A DNA stretch of 64,000 nucleotides from positions 54,807 to 118,806 of the forward strand of contig NIVC01003112.1 of NCBI GenBank assembly GCA_002269645.1, in the 5' to 3' direction. The position numbers and the translations under genes are program-made. Shown here piece by piece: positions 13,450 to 29,921 of this stretch (position 1 is the first letter of the stretch; each line of letters opens with the position of its first letter). Origin of the DNA: Macrostomum lignano. Its lineage: Eukaryota. The notes below the pieces were generated by a model. That model made no database searches and was not told the DNA's origin. It saw only the letters and a list, made by a program, of their open reading frames with translations.

Positions 13450-13850
13450 TCCTATTCACACAGTTCTAGATTCCTATTCACACAGAACTAGATTTCCTAT
13501 TCACACAGTTCTAGATTCCTATTCACACAGTTCTAGATTCCTATTCACACAGTTCACGATTCCTATTCACACAGTTCTAGATTCCCATTCACACAGTTCT
13601 AGATTCCTATTCACACAGTTCACGATTCTTATTCACACAGTTCTAGATTCCCATTCACACAGTTCTAGATTCCTATTCACACAGTTCACGATTCTTATTC
13701 ACACAGTTCTAGATTCCCATTCACACAATTCTAGATTCCCATTCACACAGTTTTAGATTCCCATTCTCACAGTTCTAGATTTCAATTCACACAGTTCTAG
13801 CTAGATTCCCATTCACACAGTTTACGATTCCAATTCACACAGTTCTCTAC
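13450..13850. repeat. 22-bp minisatellite ATTCACACAGTTCTAGATTCC[T/C], ~18 units
   Basis: Directly visible. Confidence 0.93.
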
Positions 13851-15256
13851 TACACACAATCACACATTTTTCTAACGCCAGTCACACTGTTCTAGATTAC
13901 GTGTACATATTTGGAGGCCCTTGCTGTAGCTGAGGCTGCCAGCTCAGCACTAAGATCGCAGGAGGGCATGCCGGGAGAGGAATTAATATCTCCCTAAGCT
14001 TTCTATTTTTATGGTTCTGGCGTCCCAAATAAACAGGGGGGGGGGGCTGCGACCCCCTTGGCCGGGGGAAAAGGAAAGTGGAGTGCTGGCCTGGCCGCCG
14101 CAGCTCTGGTTATTTACGCCATTTCTGGGAGGAAAACTAATGAGCTTCTGTCAGTCCCAGCCGGACTCCCCGGGCCCGACTGCTTACAGACTCCGTGAGC
14201 GCTTCATCTTAATACCCGGCCCAAAAAGGGGGGAGAACTGGAAGCAGTGGCCGTGGGCTGGAAGCTGGAAGGGAGAGACGTAGGGGAAGGGGCGGGCTGA
14301 CTCCTTCCCTGCCTGCTCCTCCCTCGCATCCCCTCCCAGATGTCCCGCTTCGCACCTCTCGCCGTTCCGCCGGCATAATCCCGCCGGCTCAAGTCCCCAG
14401 TCTGCCCGAAGACTCCCAGAGTTGCTGGGAATTCCTGGAACTCAATTCTAACCGGGAGGAGAAAGAGGAGGAGGGGAAGAAGCGGGAGAGAATGAGGAAG
14501 CAAAAGGCGGGGCAGAGCGGGCAGAATGCAAATTGGCCACTTGATCAGCGGCTGTAGTTTTCACGGCTAAGGCTGGCTCAGCCCCCTCTCCCTAAGCTCC
14601 CGCTCTGTACAACCAAGGAGACCCAAAACCAGAGCATGGATTGGCAACTCAAAATTCTAAGTATTTGAGAAAAAACGTCACTGCATTTTAAGCAACGGCC
14701 TAGGAGGAGCTGGAGTTGACAGAAGTTTTGAAAGCGCCGAGTTTTTTCTGCTGCTCCAAGCTCTGGGTCCTGGGTCTCCATAGTACAATTCCAGTGAGTG
14801 AAAACCCGTACCCAACTGGGCTGACTCCTCACCGAGTGCTCCGCCTTCTGAGTAACTATACAGAAAATCCTACCCCAGAGAGACTGCAGCACACCCGGCT
14901 CACTTGACTTGCAGAGCCGAAAATATTAATTTTTGTTCCTGCGCTCTTCTTCAGGAGCAGCAGCTGGATCCGGGCGGAATGCGCTGCGGCAAGTGGGCCG
15001 TCTGGCCCCCATTTTTTACTCGCTACTGAAGCTAAACTGCTGCAGCCGTCTAAGGAAATTAAAGGTAGAACAACATGAGAGGTCTGTGCTGCTAATCTGC
15101 TCTGTTGCGCACTACCGAATGCTGACTTATTGCGTGTCTGGTAAGACTAAACGTCGCATTTTTCGTCCTGCTGAAAGTCTCGATGGTCCCGTCAGACTGG
15201 TGTGCGCTGAACAAAACTCCAGTGAAGTAGATGCAGACTATAGTCAGATCTTCAGG

Positions 15257-15630
15257 GAGGCCGTAGTCCAGTGGTCTAGCGTGGCGCACTGATGTGCCAG
15301 CGGCCCAGGCTCGATTCCAAGTGCAGTCACATTAATTTGGGGCTGAATTGGAATCTCGGCTGGGCTCTGCTCGTGCAAAATTGACGCACTTGAGACCCCG
15401 ACTCCCAAGGTATAGTGGAGTGTACAAGCCTGACGATAAATAAAGTTAGGGCCGCTGTACACTCCCTGTGTGAGTGTCTGCCTGTGCGTATGACTGCGTA
15501 TGTATCAGCGCGCTTGTGTGCCTGCTCAGGGGAGTCGGCGGAATGTGTCTCTCGCCAGTTGTGTGACAATGTCGCTTAAAGTGTGCCAGGGTGTATGCAG
15601 CCCTCTCCTGCCTTTAATAAAAAGAAAAAG
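15257..15630 (+). mobile_element. Probable tRNA-derived SINE (family B)
   Basis: A-box-like TAGTCCAGTGG (15264) and B-box-like GGCTCGATTCC (15308) at tRNA spacing, without a proper cloverleaf. About 300 bp of body follows, ending in an A-rich tail (TAATAAAAAGAAAAA). Confidence 0.55.
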
Positions 15631-16968
15631 TGCGACCTTCACGAATGGAAAATTGTAGGGTAAAAATGAAGGGTGACTCTGTTGTTATTCTAACTGTGAT
15701 TTTGGAATCGAGCGAGCGGTAGTAGCCAAGTAGGGGGATTCTGTTGTTGTTCACGGGCACACTTGCACCGATGAGCAATCGTCATTCGCAACGATCGATC
15801 TCGTAAGAGACCTTAGTCGCTCGACGCCATTCACCCGCTCAAGTTCCGAAGTCAGTCCGACCGACGGGACGGCGGGGATAACTGTGTTAGTAGGAGGTCA
15901 CTGCGATCACGCCATGTCACAAGCGCGCATTGGCAGAAGACAGGGTGTGGCTGAGTCGCTCACTCTTAACACGGTCTGACATTAGCGCACTTTTTTGATA
16001 GGTTCTGGCGGAAAGGAGAGCAAGATTGGTTTGATCTTGAACCCCTTATCATTTTCTGTTACAGGCTTCTGCCAGTTAGAGTCTGTGCGCTGCAGGACTT
16101 GCTTATGCAGCCTTAATTCCTTTAAGGAGAGCAAAGTCGCTGAATCTAAAACTCAAAATTCGGGAATTAAGCTGTAGCAAAATCGAGAGCTTCGACAAGA
16201 GCTAAAAAGCGCTCAGCTGATCAGGAGTTAATGACTTCTCCCTCGGACCTGCCCATTAGGCCGTGCAGTCTCTCGCAGTGCTCTATCAGTTCAACAACTA
16301 ACTCTCCACGCCTTTCTTGCTTAGCCGATGGCGCAGCTTGCCAAACACACTTTCTCTCTCCTCTTCATTAAGCAAAACTTGATACCTGGAAAGCACTTGG
16401 ATTGAGGAGGCCTGGCTTTAGTTCCAACCTTGGAATAGGACTGGCTTCAATTACTGCACTTATTCTGAGTAGGGTTGCCCGATAGATGATGTAGCATTCG
16501 CAGTGCGCGAGAAATTGTCTCGGGTGATAATAAAATGTGGTGCAGTGCCTGTCAATCAATCTCTTTCTTAGCTGCTCTGTGGGCTGTTGTAGCAGGAAGA
16601 GGGTCCAATTTATCGGTAAGTGATAGGAGAGTCAGGAGGGAGTGTCAACAAGATCAACTGGTGGAGTCAGATTGATAAAATTCTGTCTAACATTTGAAGG
16701 TCACTCTCTCTTTCAGACGCATGCTAAGCTTGATGCAAACTTAGCTTGGAGACAATCGAGCGACAAGCAAGCCTCTGTCCTGATTTCAACCGAAATTCGG
16801 AATTAGAAGTCAGCAGAAACTTTCTGCTAATTAATGCAGGTTGCAAAATAGGAAAGCCGAACTCGCAATCGCGGCTGTGTTGGACTGTCATTTATTGTCC
16901 TTAAGCTCAGAACTGGCGCAATGCACACTGCAGGAAATTGTGACTGGCGCATTTCAGTCTCAACAAGT

Positions 16969-20956
<3,988 letters not shown>

Positions 20957-21410
20957 CTTTCGATTTCGAACGATTGCACCTTCCGATCTCGGTAGTTGCT
21001 AGGAGAAGCGCCCCGCTCCGGCTTATAAAAGGCCAAATCTCTCCCACTTTCCCTCCGTCCGATGATTAAATGGCCGGGCGCGTGTTTGCAGAGCTCTTGT
21101 CCTCTGAGCTCCCCGCCACACGTCTGCGGCCGAATGACCTTCGAAGGGCCCGCGTAAACTGCCTGAGAAATTCTAAATGACACTTTGGTTGAAGGGCTCT
21201 GAGAATATTGACAGTGGGTTGCTCCAAAGTGCTGCTCTGTTACCATGGTAACCGAAAGATAATTAGCCTGAAAGCGACAGTCAGCAACCAGTTGGAGAGA
21301 AAGTTTGAAGTGGCCGTGCGCCCCTCCGGTGAATATTACTTCAGTATTATTGAAGCAACTTTTCCGTTCCTCTTGGATAGTTCCAAACGCAGTTGAAGGC
21401 TCGGAATACA

Positions 21411-22405
21411 GGGAGTGGCGTGTGCCATGGTGCCAGAGCCGCTGTGAACAGGAGGGAGTGGCATGTGTGCCATGGTGCCAGAGCCGCTGTGAACAGGAGG
21501 GAGTGGCATGTGTGCCATGGTGCCAGAGCCGCTGTGAACAGGAGGGAGTGGCGTGTGCCATGGTGCCAGAGCTGCTGTGAACAGGAGGGAGTGGCGTGTG
21601 TGCCATGGTGCCAGAGCCGCTGTGAACAGGAGGGAGTGGCATGTGCCATGGTGCCAGAGCCGCTGTGAACAGGAGGGAGTGGCATGTGCCATGGTCCCAG
21701 AGCCGCTGTGAACAGGAGGGAGTGGCGTGTGCCATGGTGCCAGAGCCGCTGTGAACAGGAGGGAGTGGCATGTGTGCCATGGTGCCAGAGCTGCTGTGAA
21801 CAGGAGGGAGTGGCATGTGCCATGGTGCCAGAGCCGCTGTGAACAGGAGGGAGTGGCGTGTGCCATGGTGCCAGAGCCGCTGTGAACAGGAGGGAGTGGC
21901 ATGTGTGCCATGGTGCCAGAGCCGCTGTGAACAGGAGGGAGTGGCATGTGTGCCATGGTGCCAGAGCCGCTGTGAACAGGAGGGAGTGGCATGTGTGCCA
22001 TGGTGCCAGAGCCGCTGTGAACAGGAGGGAGTGGCATGTGTGCCATGGTGCCAGAGCCGCTGTGAACAGGAGGGAGTGGCATGTGTGCCATGGTGCCAGA
22101 GCCGCTGTGAACAGGAGGGAGTGGCATGTGCCATGGTGCCAGAGCCGCTGTGAACAGGAGGGAGTGGCATGTGCCATGGTCCCAGAGCCGCTGTGAACAG
22201 GAGGGAGTGGCGTGTGCCATGGTGCCAGAGCCGCTGTGAACAGGAGGGACTGGCATGTGTGCCATGGTGCCAGAGCTGCTGTGAACAGGAGGGAGTGGCA
22301 TGTGCCATGGTGCCAGAGCCGCTGTGAACAGGAGGGAGTGGCGTGTGCCATGGTGCCAGAGCCGCTGTGAACAGGAGGGAGTGGCGTGTGCCATGGTGCC
22401 AGAGC
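21411..22405. repeat. 43/45-bp minisatellite GTGGC[A/G]TG(TG)TGCCATGGTGCCAGAGCCGCTGTGAACAGGAGGGA, ~22 units, between the divergent protease and CRAL-TRIO genes
   Basis: Directly visible; explains the 300-500 aa pseudo-ORFs here. Confidence 0.97.
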
Positions 22406-22835
22406 TAACTTGAACAGAGGCAATGGGAGTGCCAGGAACAAACTAGGAACTATTGTATATGAAAAGCAGGCTAAAAACTGCGAACACGAAAATTGATAGC
22501 GGCGCAGAACGTGTATTATAAAAATACTTTTTACTTTCGCGCAACACGGCGTGAGTGCAAAGGCAAACAGACGCAATGGCCGGGTTACCAGCACAAATAA
22601 AGGTATAGTTTCTCTGCTAGCAAGACTAGCCCAATGAAGTCAGACGACCGAGCTAGAAGTTGAGGGGGGTGGGCGCAATACCGAGCTTGCCTATTTGAGT
22701 ACAGCCGTTTGGTTTTGACTCTGTTCGACTCCGCTCTCTAATCTCCGTTCCCACGGGCGGCTGCTCAAGCGGTGAAATTTATCAAGCGGGAGAGGCAATC
22801 TGGCCAGCAGTAGTTTGGCACTGACGCCATCAGAC

Positions 22836-25800
22836 ATGTCCGAAGGCGAGAATGTCTACAACTACGAGGGCGTGGATCCGAAGGACAAGAAGAAGGCTCA
22901 GAAGGAGCTTCATGAGAATCCCGACCAGGTGCGGGCGCACATCGCCTCGCTGAGACGCTGGGTGACCAGCGCGCCGCATCTCACCTGCCCGACTGGTGAG
23001 GCCTGTGCTGGTCTAATTTTGTTGAACAGTATCTTGTATAGCACGATTCTGCAATGCAATGCAACCTAATGATAGTCTAACACTGGCCATTTTGATGCGT
23101 AATGTTTGCCTAATTCTATTTTAATTGTTTTTTAATGCTAGCCTTAGAGCATTTCAGTCATAAGCCGCTTACTTTAGCCTAGGGGTCGACAACTCGGGCC
23201 CGCGGGACACATGCGGCTCGCGAAGCTTCTCTATCCGACCCTCGGGTCCTTTAAACTTCACAATAACTCAAGGTTTGTCTCTTCTCAGCTCTCCTCTATT
23301 TTCTCTTCTCTCTATTCTCTTTTTATTCCTCCAAACCCTTCTTCTCTCCTCTCTTATTTCATTTGCTCTCTTCTCTCGTCTCCTCTCTTTCCGATTATTC
23401 CCTCGCCTCTCTTTTCTCTTATCTCTCTTCTCTATTCCCTCTTCTCTCCCCTCTCCTATGGCCCTCGAAGTCACGCGCTAGGTTCTCTACCTGGACTTTG
23501 AGGTAGGAGTACTCGTACGAGTCAATTAACGGCCGGATACCAACCTTCAATCACAAGGGATCGACTCTCGCCAAGACTTGACCTGAAACCCCAACCCGCA
23601 AATCGCTCTCAGATGACGCGTTCCTGCTGCGGTTCCTGCGAACCGCCAAGTTCGACCAGAGCCGGGCCCAGCAGCTGGTGGACAATTTCTGCACAGTCCG
23701 CAGTTCGCCTCGCGGCTCGCCTGAATGGTTCGAACCGCTGAGACCGGACTTGCCCGCTCTGGAGCACTACTTCACGCTGCCGTGAGCTGGGCCTGCGTGT
23801 CAGAAAGGGATCAGGGCTTGGATGGGACAGTTCAAGGATGCAAGCAGTCATGTCCATGTCTCTGACCCCTGAGAGCACCCGCACACACACAGAGTTTACA
23901 GTGACCTTGAATTTCTCATTGTCATGCACAACAATCGCACATCAAGCCCCAGGCCAATTTTCCTGCTTGAGTCCCAAATGAATTCGATCGTTCACGGAAT
24001 CGAACTCGGGCACTTTGGCCCGAGAGTCAGACGTGTCCCCCGGGGGGCTTTGGTTGGGACTTGGCCTAAAACACAGACAGAGAATGGGTTTTAAACAAAC
24101 TCAACCAAAACTCAGATTGGACCCACGGTTTTGCAAACAGGGTTGGCATGCCAAAAACAGGAGACTGATCCTGCCAAAGAGAATCTTTCGTTCTTTATTT
24201 CAGTCTAGGAGTCCTGCTGGGATTCAATGACGACGGAGAGGCCGTGCTCTACTTTCTGCTCAGAGAGTGTCAGTTTTTTTGCTAGCTGAACTCTGCTAGC
24301 AGGACTCGAGTGTCAAGTTGTAGCTTTTTAGCAAACTAGTTTTTTTAAATAGAATGATTTTTTGTTTTTTGTAAATATTAAATACCAATCAGCGTTTCCG
24401 AGGCTCTTAAATTAGCCAAGTGGTTAAGAGCGCCAGGCTCACAGCTGTAAGGTCAAGAGTTCGATTCCCGATCCGACTAGAAAAATTTGTGTCCTTGAGC
24501 AAGACACTTAACTATGCATTGCTTCAGTTAACCCAGCTGTAAAATGGGTGCCAGCATTAGCTGGGGTAAATTGAGAATGGGTGTAGCGATTCCCCCCCCC
24601 CTCAGTCCATGAACTCAACAGCCATTTGAGACGCAGCATTCAGAGATTTCGAGATTTCGGCTAGAAAGTCTCGTACTCTCGACTAAATGAGGTTTTTTTC
24701 CCGAAAATTTCCAGGTGCTTACGAACCTGACATGTTCCCGTTCGAGGACTTCATTCGGTGCATGATCCGCTCCTCGGCCGAGCGGTTACTCAGCGACCAG
24801 CGACTGCAGATTAACGGCGTCCGCATGCTGGTGGACTACAGAGGCGCCGGGCAGCGGCACTACCGGCCCTGGGAGGACCCCAAGCTGCTGGTCCGCGTCC
24901 TGCGCCTGTGGCAGGATGCACTGCCAATGAGGAATAAGGCCATCATCCACTACAACGAGTCGCACATGGTCGACCTGCTGATGAAAATATTTTTGCCATT
25001 TCTCAAAGAGAAAGTTCGCAGACGAGTAAGCATTGATAACCCAACGACAGGCAGTTATTGGCAGGGCACATTCAATTAATTTATGCTGGTGTACACATGA
25101 CGACAACACCACTGACAGAATCCGGAACGTTGGCATTAATGGTCTTGCTTTTCTGTAAAGCGCCGTCGTTTCGTTCCTATCGTACTCATATTTGGAGCAG
25201 TAGCAACTCCTACACCACCACTTTATGTGCTGTGCAACTCGGTTCGGATATAGGGGCCTGCCAGCTGGGAGTCAATACGGCGCACTTGAAAGGTGCAAAT
25301 CGGGAGGGTTAGAAAGGGCTAAACGGTGGTTCCCTCATGTACATCATTTGACGGGGTAGAGACCACACAACTATGACAGGTGCAGTCTGAACTTCACGCA
25401 ACCTCACCTGTACTCTTGTACTCAGATCATCCGGTGCGGCGCTAACTCTTCCAAGCTGAAACAAGCCGTCGGTCCGGGAGCTGATCGCCTCCTGCCACCG
25501 GAGTTGGGCGGTCAAAACCGGCCAATGGCGGAGCTGATCGGTAAGCTAAGCGAATTAGAAAAGTCCTCTTACAGAATTCAAAAGCCTTCACTAACTAGCC
25601 TATTTTATAAGACTCAAAAAGAAACAGGGAGTGAGGTAACAACCCTCATGGAACAGCCCGCAACCCTATCCTCCCTCCAGCCGACAAGGCCCGTCAGTAC
25701 AATAGCGAGTCAGCGATGCAGGAACGGCGCAGGCTGGACCAGATTCGGGTTGACGAGGCGCTGAGACCGGCGGCCACGAAGAACTACCTGAAGTCCACCG

Positions 25801-25868
25801 AGATCGACTCAACCGATTCGACCTCCGTGGGACTGACGGGCACGTTCACTAAGCTCGACGTCAGCTGA
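22836..25868 (+). CDS. CRAL-TRIO (Sec14-like; alpha-TTP/clavesin/RLBP1 type) lipid-binding protein, paralog 1, 6 exons; intron 3 donor is non-canonical (GA)
   Basis: Exons 22836-22995, 23613-23781, 24204-24262, 24715-25025, 25426-25540, 25681-25868. Motifs DDAFLLRFLRTAKFD, QINGVRMLVD, WQDALPMR, FLPFLKEKVRRR, LLPPELGG, GTFTKLDVS. Exon sizes match paralog 2. Confidence 0.82.
24402..24590 (+). mobile_element. tRNA-derived SINE with CORE-like domain (family A), 3'-truncated, in CRAL-TRIO-1 intron 3
   Basis: Perfect A box TAGCCAAGTGG (24413) and B box GTTCGATTCC (~24459). The following GTCCTTGAGCAAGACACTTAAC...CAGTTAACCCAGCTGTAAAATGGG resembles the MIR/CORE consensus as recalled, and a second copy occurs at 53.6 kb. 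Confidence 0.75.
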
Positions 25869-27352
25869 CGGTCTCAGCTCAGTCGATCTTTTCGATCTTT
25901 GGAGTAACTTTTTCGCAATCAATGACACAAAAACCCGCAACCAACATTTTACTAACTTATTAACGTTTCTTATAACTAACGGATTTGCACCCGTTTAGAT
26001 TCACATGCTCAATTATAATCCATGTTATAGTTGGTTGTTTAAAAGGTTACATAACCAGATATATTCGCTACTTGCATTAATTAATTTCTCCTACGACCGA
26101 CAACTTCAAAAACCGGGTATGAAATTCAAGTCCTGCTTGACGAAGCAACAATTGAGTCAGAATTAGAAACTGTCTGCACTTTGGCCTCCTGAGACAGAGA
26201 GCTCTTATCAGTAGAGAACAGACATGTACGAAGAAAACACACTTGGACTGCATGGCTGTTTTACCTGTGCGAGCATGCAAGTCACTTAAGTTACTGCAGC
26301 ACTATTCATAATCGGATTCATAAACTAATGCATTTAACAAGATGGCTTTGTTGACATTTAGTCAGCATGGGATCATTTTACTACTAGACACAATACTTCA
26401 GTAGTGCCAATAGTACCTTATAATATTTTCTTCAGCCTAAAGTGTAGACCTGCTAACACTGTCGTGCCATCCACCCTCTATCCTGCATTGCCCCATTTTC
26501 TGCACCCCTCCCTACTTCCCTACACTGCGTGTTATCATCTCCTTACCCACACCTCTTTAACATCTTTATTCTAGCAGCATCTCAATCGCTTTAACCCACA
26601 AGACAATGCAAATAATCCAAATATTACGTCGTATATTGCGATCTGAACAGCCTAAGCCCATCTTTCTGAACGTAGAGAACTGCATGCAGTGTACTCGTAG
26701 CACAAGAGTGGGCAGTAATCCAGATGAGCAGCTTGGTGACACTAATGCCACAACCTCGGATTGGGGCTGGGGATTATTAACTTCTCATCAGATCCCTCTG
26801 TGGTCTTCCGCTATAGCAGAATAAGCTGTCCCTTGATCACCTGATCCCGGCTAATGCCTCACACACGGTATGACTGACGTGTTGCTGTCGCAGTAGCCGC
26901 AAAGCCCGCATTTTACAAACTTTAGTAGATTCAAAAGAGATCAACCTCACTCCCGTTTTGGAGAGAGCACCGCGCGGCACCTGCTGTACTGCAGCAGTCA
27001 GAGTATACCGATCTCTCTCCCTCTCTCTCTCTGCTGAAAAAGCGCAAGAGGCAACAATTCTAGCATTAATAAGCGAACGAAGTACTGCTGACGCTCAGTG
27101 AAGGGAGCAATGCAGGGCACTGCTGGGAACAATAGACTATGTAGTTGAGCCGACGGCGGCAAGGCTAAAATAACTGACAAGCAATGAGATACGGAGAGGC
27201 TTCGATTGGTCAGAGACGGGACAGGTTCTGTCGCGCTGTGAGTATTAAGGCTCAGTCTGCAGCTCAGAAACTGCGCGGAGGAACGTACCGGCCTGGACAC
27301 TCAACAGGAAAATTAATCAGAAAAGTACTTCACGAACTATAATAGTAGCAAT

Positions 27353-29327
27353 ATGGCCTCCGGTGAAGGCGAGAATGTCTACAACTACGAGGGCGTGGAT
27401 CCGAAGGATAAGAAGAAGGCTCAGAAGGAGCTTCACGAGAATCCCGACCAGGTGCGGGCGCACATCGCCTCGCTGAGACGCTGGGTAACCAGCGCGCCGC
27501 ATCTCACCTGCCCGACTGGTGAGTTCCATAGATTAAGCTTGTGCATGCATGACTACAAGCTGCATGTCTCAGCAGGTCCAGAATTGACTAGGAATTATTA
27601 AACTAGCCAATTAAACTTCTTCACCAAATGCGACCAGATGACGCGTTCCTACTGCGGTTTCTGCGCACCGCCAAGTTCGACCAGAGCCGGGCCCAGCAGC
27701 TGGTGGACAATTTCTGCACAGTCCGAAAATCTCCGCGTGGCTCGCCCGAATGGTTTGAGCCCCTGCCGCTGGACTCGCCTATCATTGAAGAGGCACTCAA
27801 GCTTCCGTGAGAGACTACTGAAAACTGGTGACCTTGGATGAAATTTTATTCTTTTTCGATTTCAATCGCTTCGCGTATCGCATTGTAGAATGAACATCTT
27901 TCTGGGCTACAATGACGACGGCGAAGGAATTATCTACTCGTCAATGGGTGAGTTTCTGGGACCATCGCCGGTGCTCAACTGCATCATAGTCATGAGACAA
28001 AGAGATTAGAGTCTGTGCCCTTCAATGTTAGAACACTATGAGTTGCCTATGTAACTGCAGGAGCTTTTGAGTGCAAAAAGCAGAAGCATGAGATAATTAT
28101 TAAGCCTGACTCAGAAAGCTTCAGCGGCATAACGATTGCAGGCTGCCTGCTGTCCACTTGTTCTCTTCTTGTTTTTGTGCCTGCAACTTTAAGTGACAGG
28201 TGAATCTTTTGATACGGCCTGTGAGCGCTGCCCTGCGCATTGGCTAACAATGGACTGCGATAGACATTTTGAGCACAAAAAGTAGCAGTGCTCTACAGCG
28301 ACTAGACAGATTCAGCAAGGTGAAAGAGAAGAAAAAAAAGACAAAAGTATTACTTTTTGGACAAAAAAATTCGCTTTGGCCTCTTAATGCTGAAATAGCA
28401 AGAAAATGAGCTATCGAAAGTGTACAGGTGCAGTGACAAGGCAGAAGCAGGCGCAATGAGTTAACTATTGCCTTTCAGACAACTACGACCCCGATCGGAT
28501 CAACTTCAACGACCTTGCCCGGTTCGCCTACATGAACGCCGACACGATGATGAAGCCTGAAAAGATCCAAATCAACGGCTGCCGGTTTATCATGAATCTC
28601 AAGAACGCCAATAAGAAACAGACTCAGGCCTGGGAGAACCCCCGCACGGCCTTCAAGATGATGCGCAACTGGCAGGACGCTTTTCCAATACGCACCAAAG
28701 CGCTGGTTTACTGGCACGAGCCGGCCTTCTTTGAGCTGATGTTTCGGATTATCATGCCATTTATGAAGGAGAAGCTGAGAAAGCGGGTAAGGCAAAGGCT
28801 TGACTCAAGCCTCAGAGACGAATCGTAGATAGATTTACAAGTTTCCAATTGGTGCCAGTTATTAATCCATTAAGTCTGGCAAGACATGCTAAATATCTCC
28901 CTAAAAAACCACACCCAGCTCCACCGGTGCGGCACGGACTTCAGCAAGCTGAAGAAGGCTATCGGGCCGGGCGCTGAGCGCCTCCTGCCGCCTGAAATGG
29001 GCGGACAAAACCGACCGATGGAGGAGCTACTCGGTAGGTAACAGCGCACTTCTGAGTGTACTTTTATAGGAATCCAATAGTTCAAGAAGCAGGATAAGGG
29101 GAGTTACACCGCAATCAACCCTTTGTATTCCTCGCCTGTTCCCAGCTGAACGATACAAAATGTTCAAGAGCGCCGAGGCGCAGGCGGAGCGCGCCAAGCT
29201 GGCCACCATCACGGTGGACGAGTCCAAGCGGCTGCCGACCACCAAGGACTACTTGAAGACGTACGACGATTCGGCCGATCCGAGCATGGGCATCGCTGGT
29301 ACATTTACGAAGCTGGACGTCAGCTAA
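27353..29327 (+). CDS. CRAL-TRIO lipid-binding protein, paralog 2, 6 exons, all GT-AG
   Basis: Exons 27353-27518, 27638-27806, 27889-27947, 28479-28786, 28919-29033, 29146-29327 join in frame. Motifs DDAFLLRFLRTAKFD, QINGCRFI, WQDAFPIRTK, MPFMKEKLRKR, LLPPEMGG, GTFTKLDVS*. Confidence 0.92.
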
Positions 29328-29921
29328 ATAATGAGACGCGTCTGAGATGAGCCAGTGCGCCATGGCAACTAAACTGAACCATTTTATTATTGAAAGCGCC
29401 ATAACTTTTCAGCTGGTAAAATATTGTTAGATTAAATGAACTCACGGGTCCAACTTGGAAATATCAGCTAATCTTAAACGGGATTCTCATCTTGAATTTC
29501 TAAGCTTAAAAAAATTGAACTGTTAGTTTTACTTTGGTATTTATTCTTCCTCTTCTGTTCCTCAAACATTTAATGAGTTGTTTTTTATCATACCGAAAAA
29601 TGCATATCTTATCACTTTTCTTAGAAACAAATCCATTACAAGCTATATTTATTTTCATAGAATTCGAAACATGTTTAGCGATAGCCACCAATGCCCTTAC
29701 TCGAATCGAGACTATTCGTCCTTAATAATTTGTCAAAATAAAACTTGAATACACTAATTCCAACTAGTTCCAACTTTTTTCTTCGAAACTACTGTTTGTT
29801 GGATTACAAAGTAGTAATCAAAGTGTATTATTGTTTGCTAAATTGGCTAGGCAAAATGCTTTGTACTGTTAACTAGACAGTGATGACAAAATTTATGGTC
29901 ACTCAGTCGATCTAAGAAATC

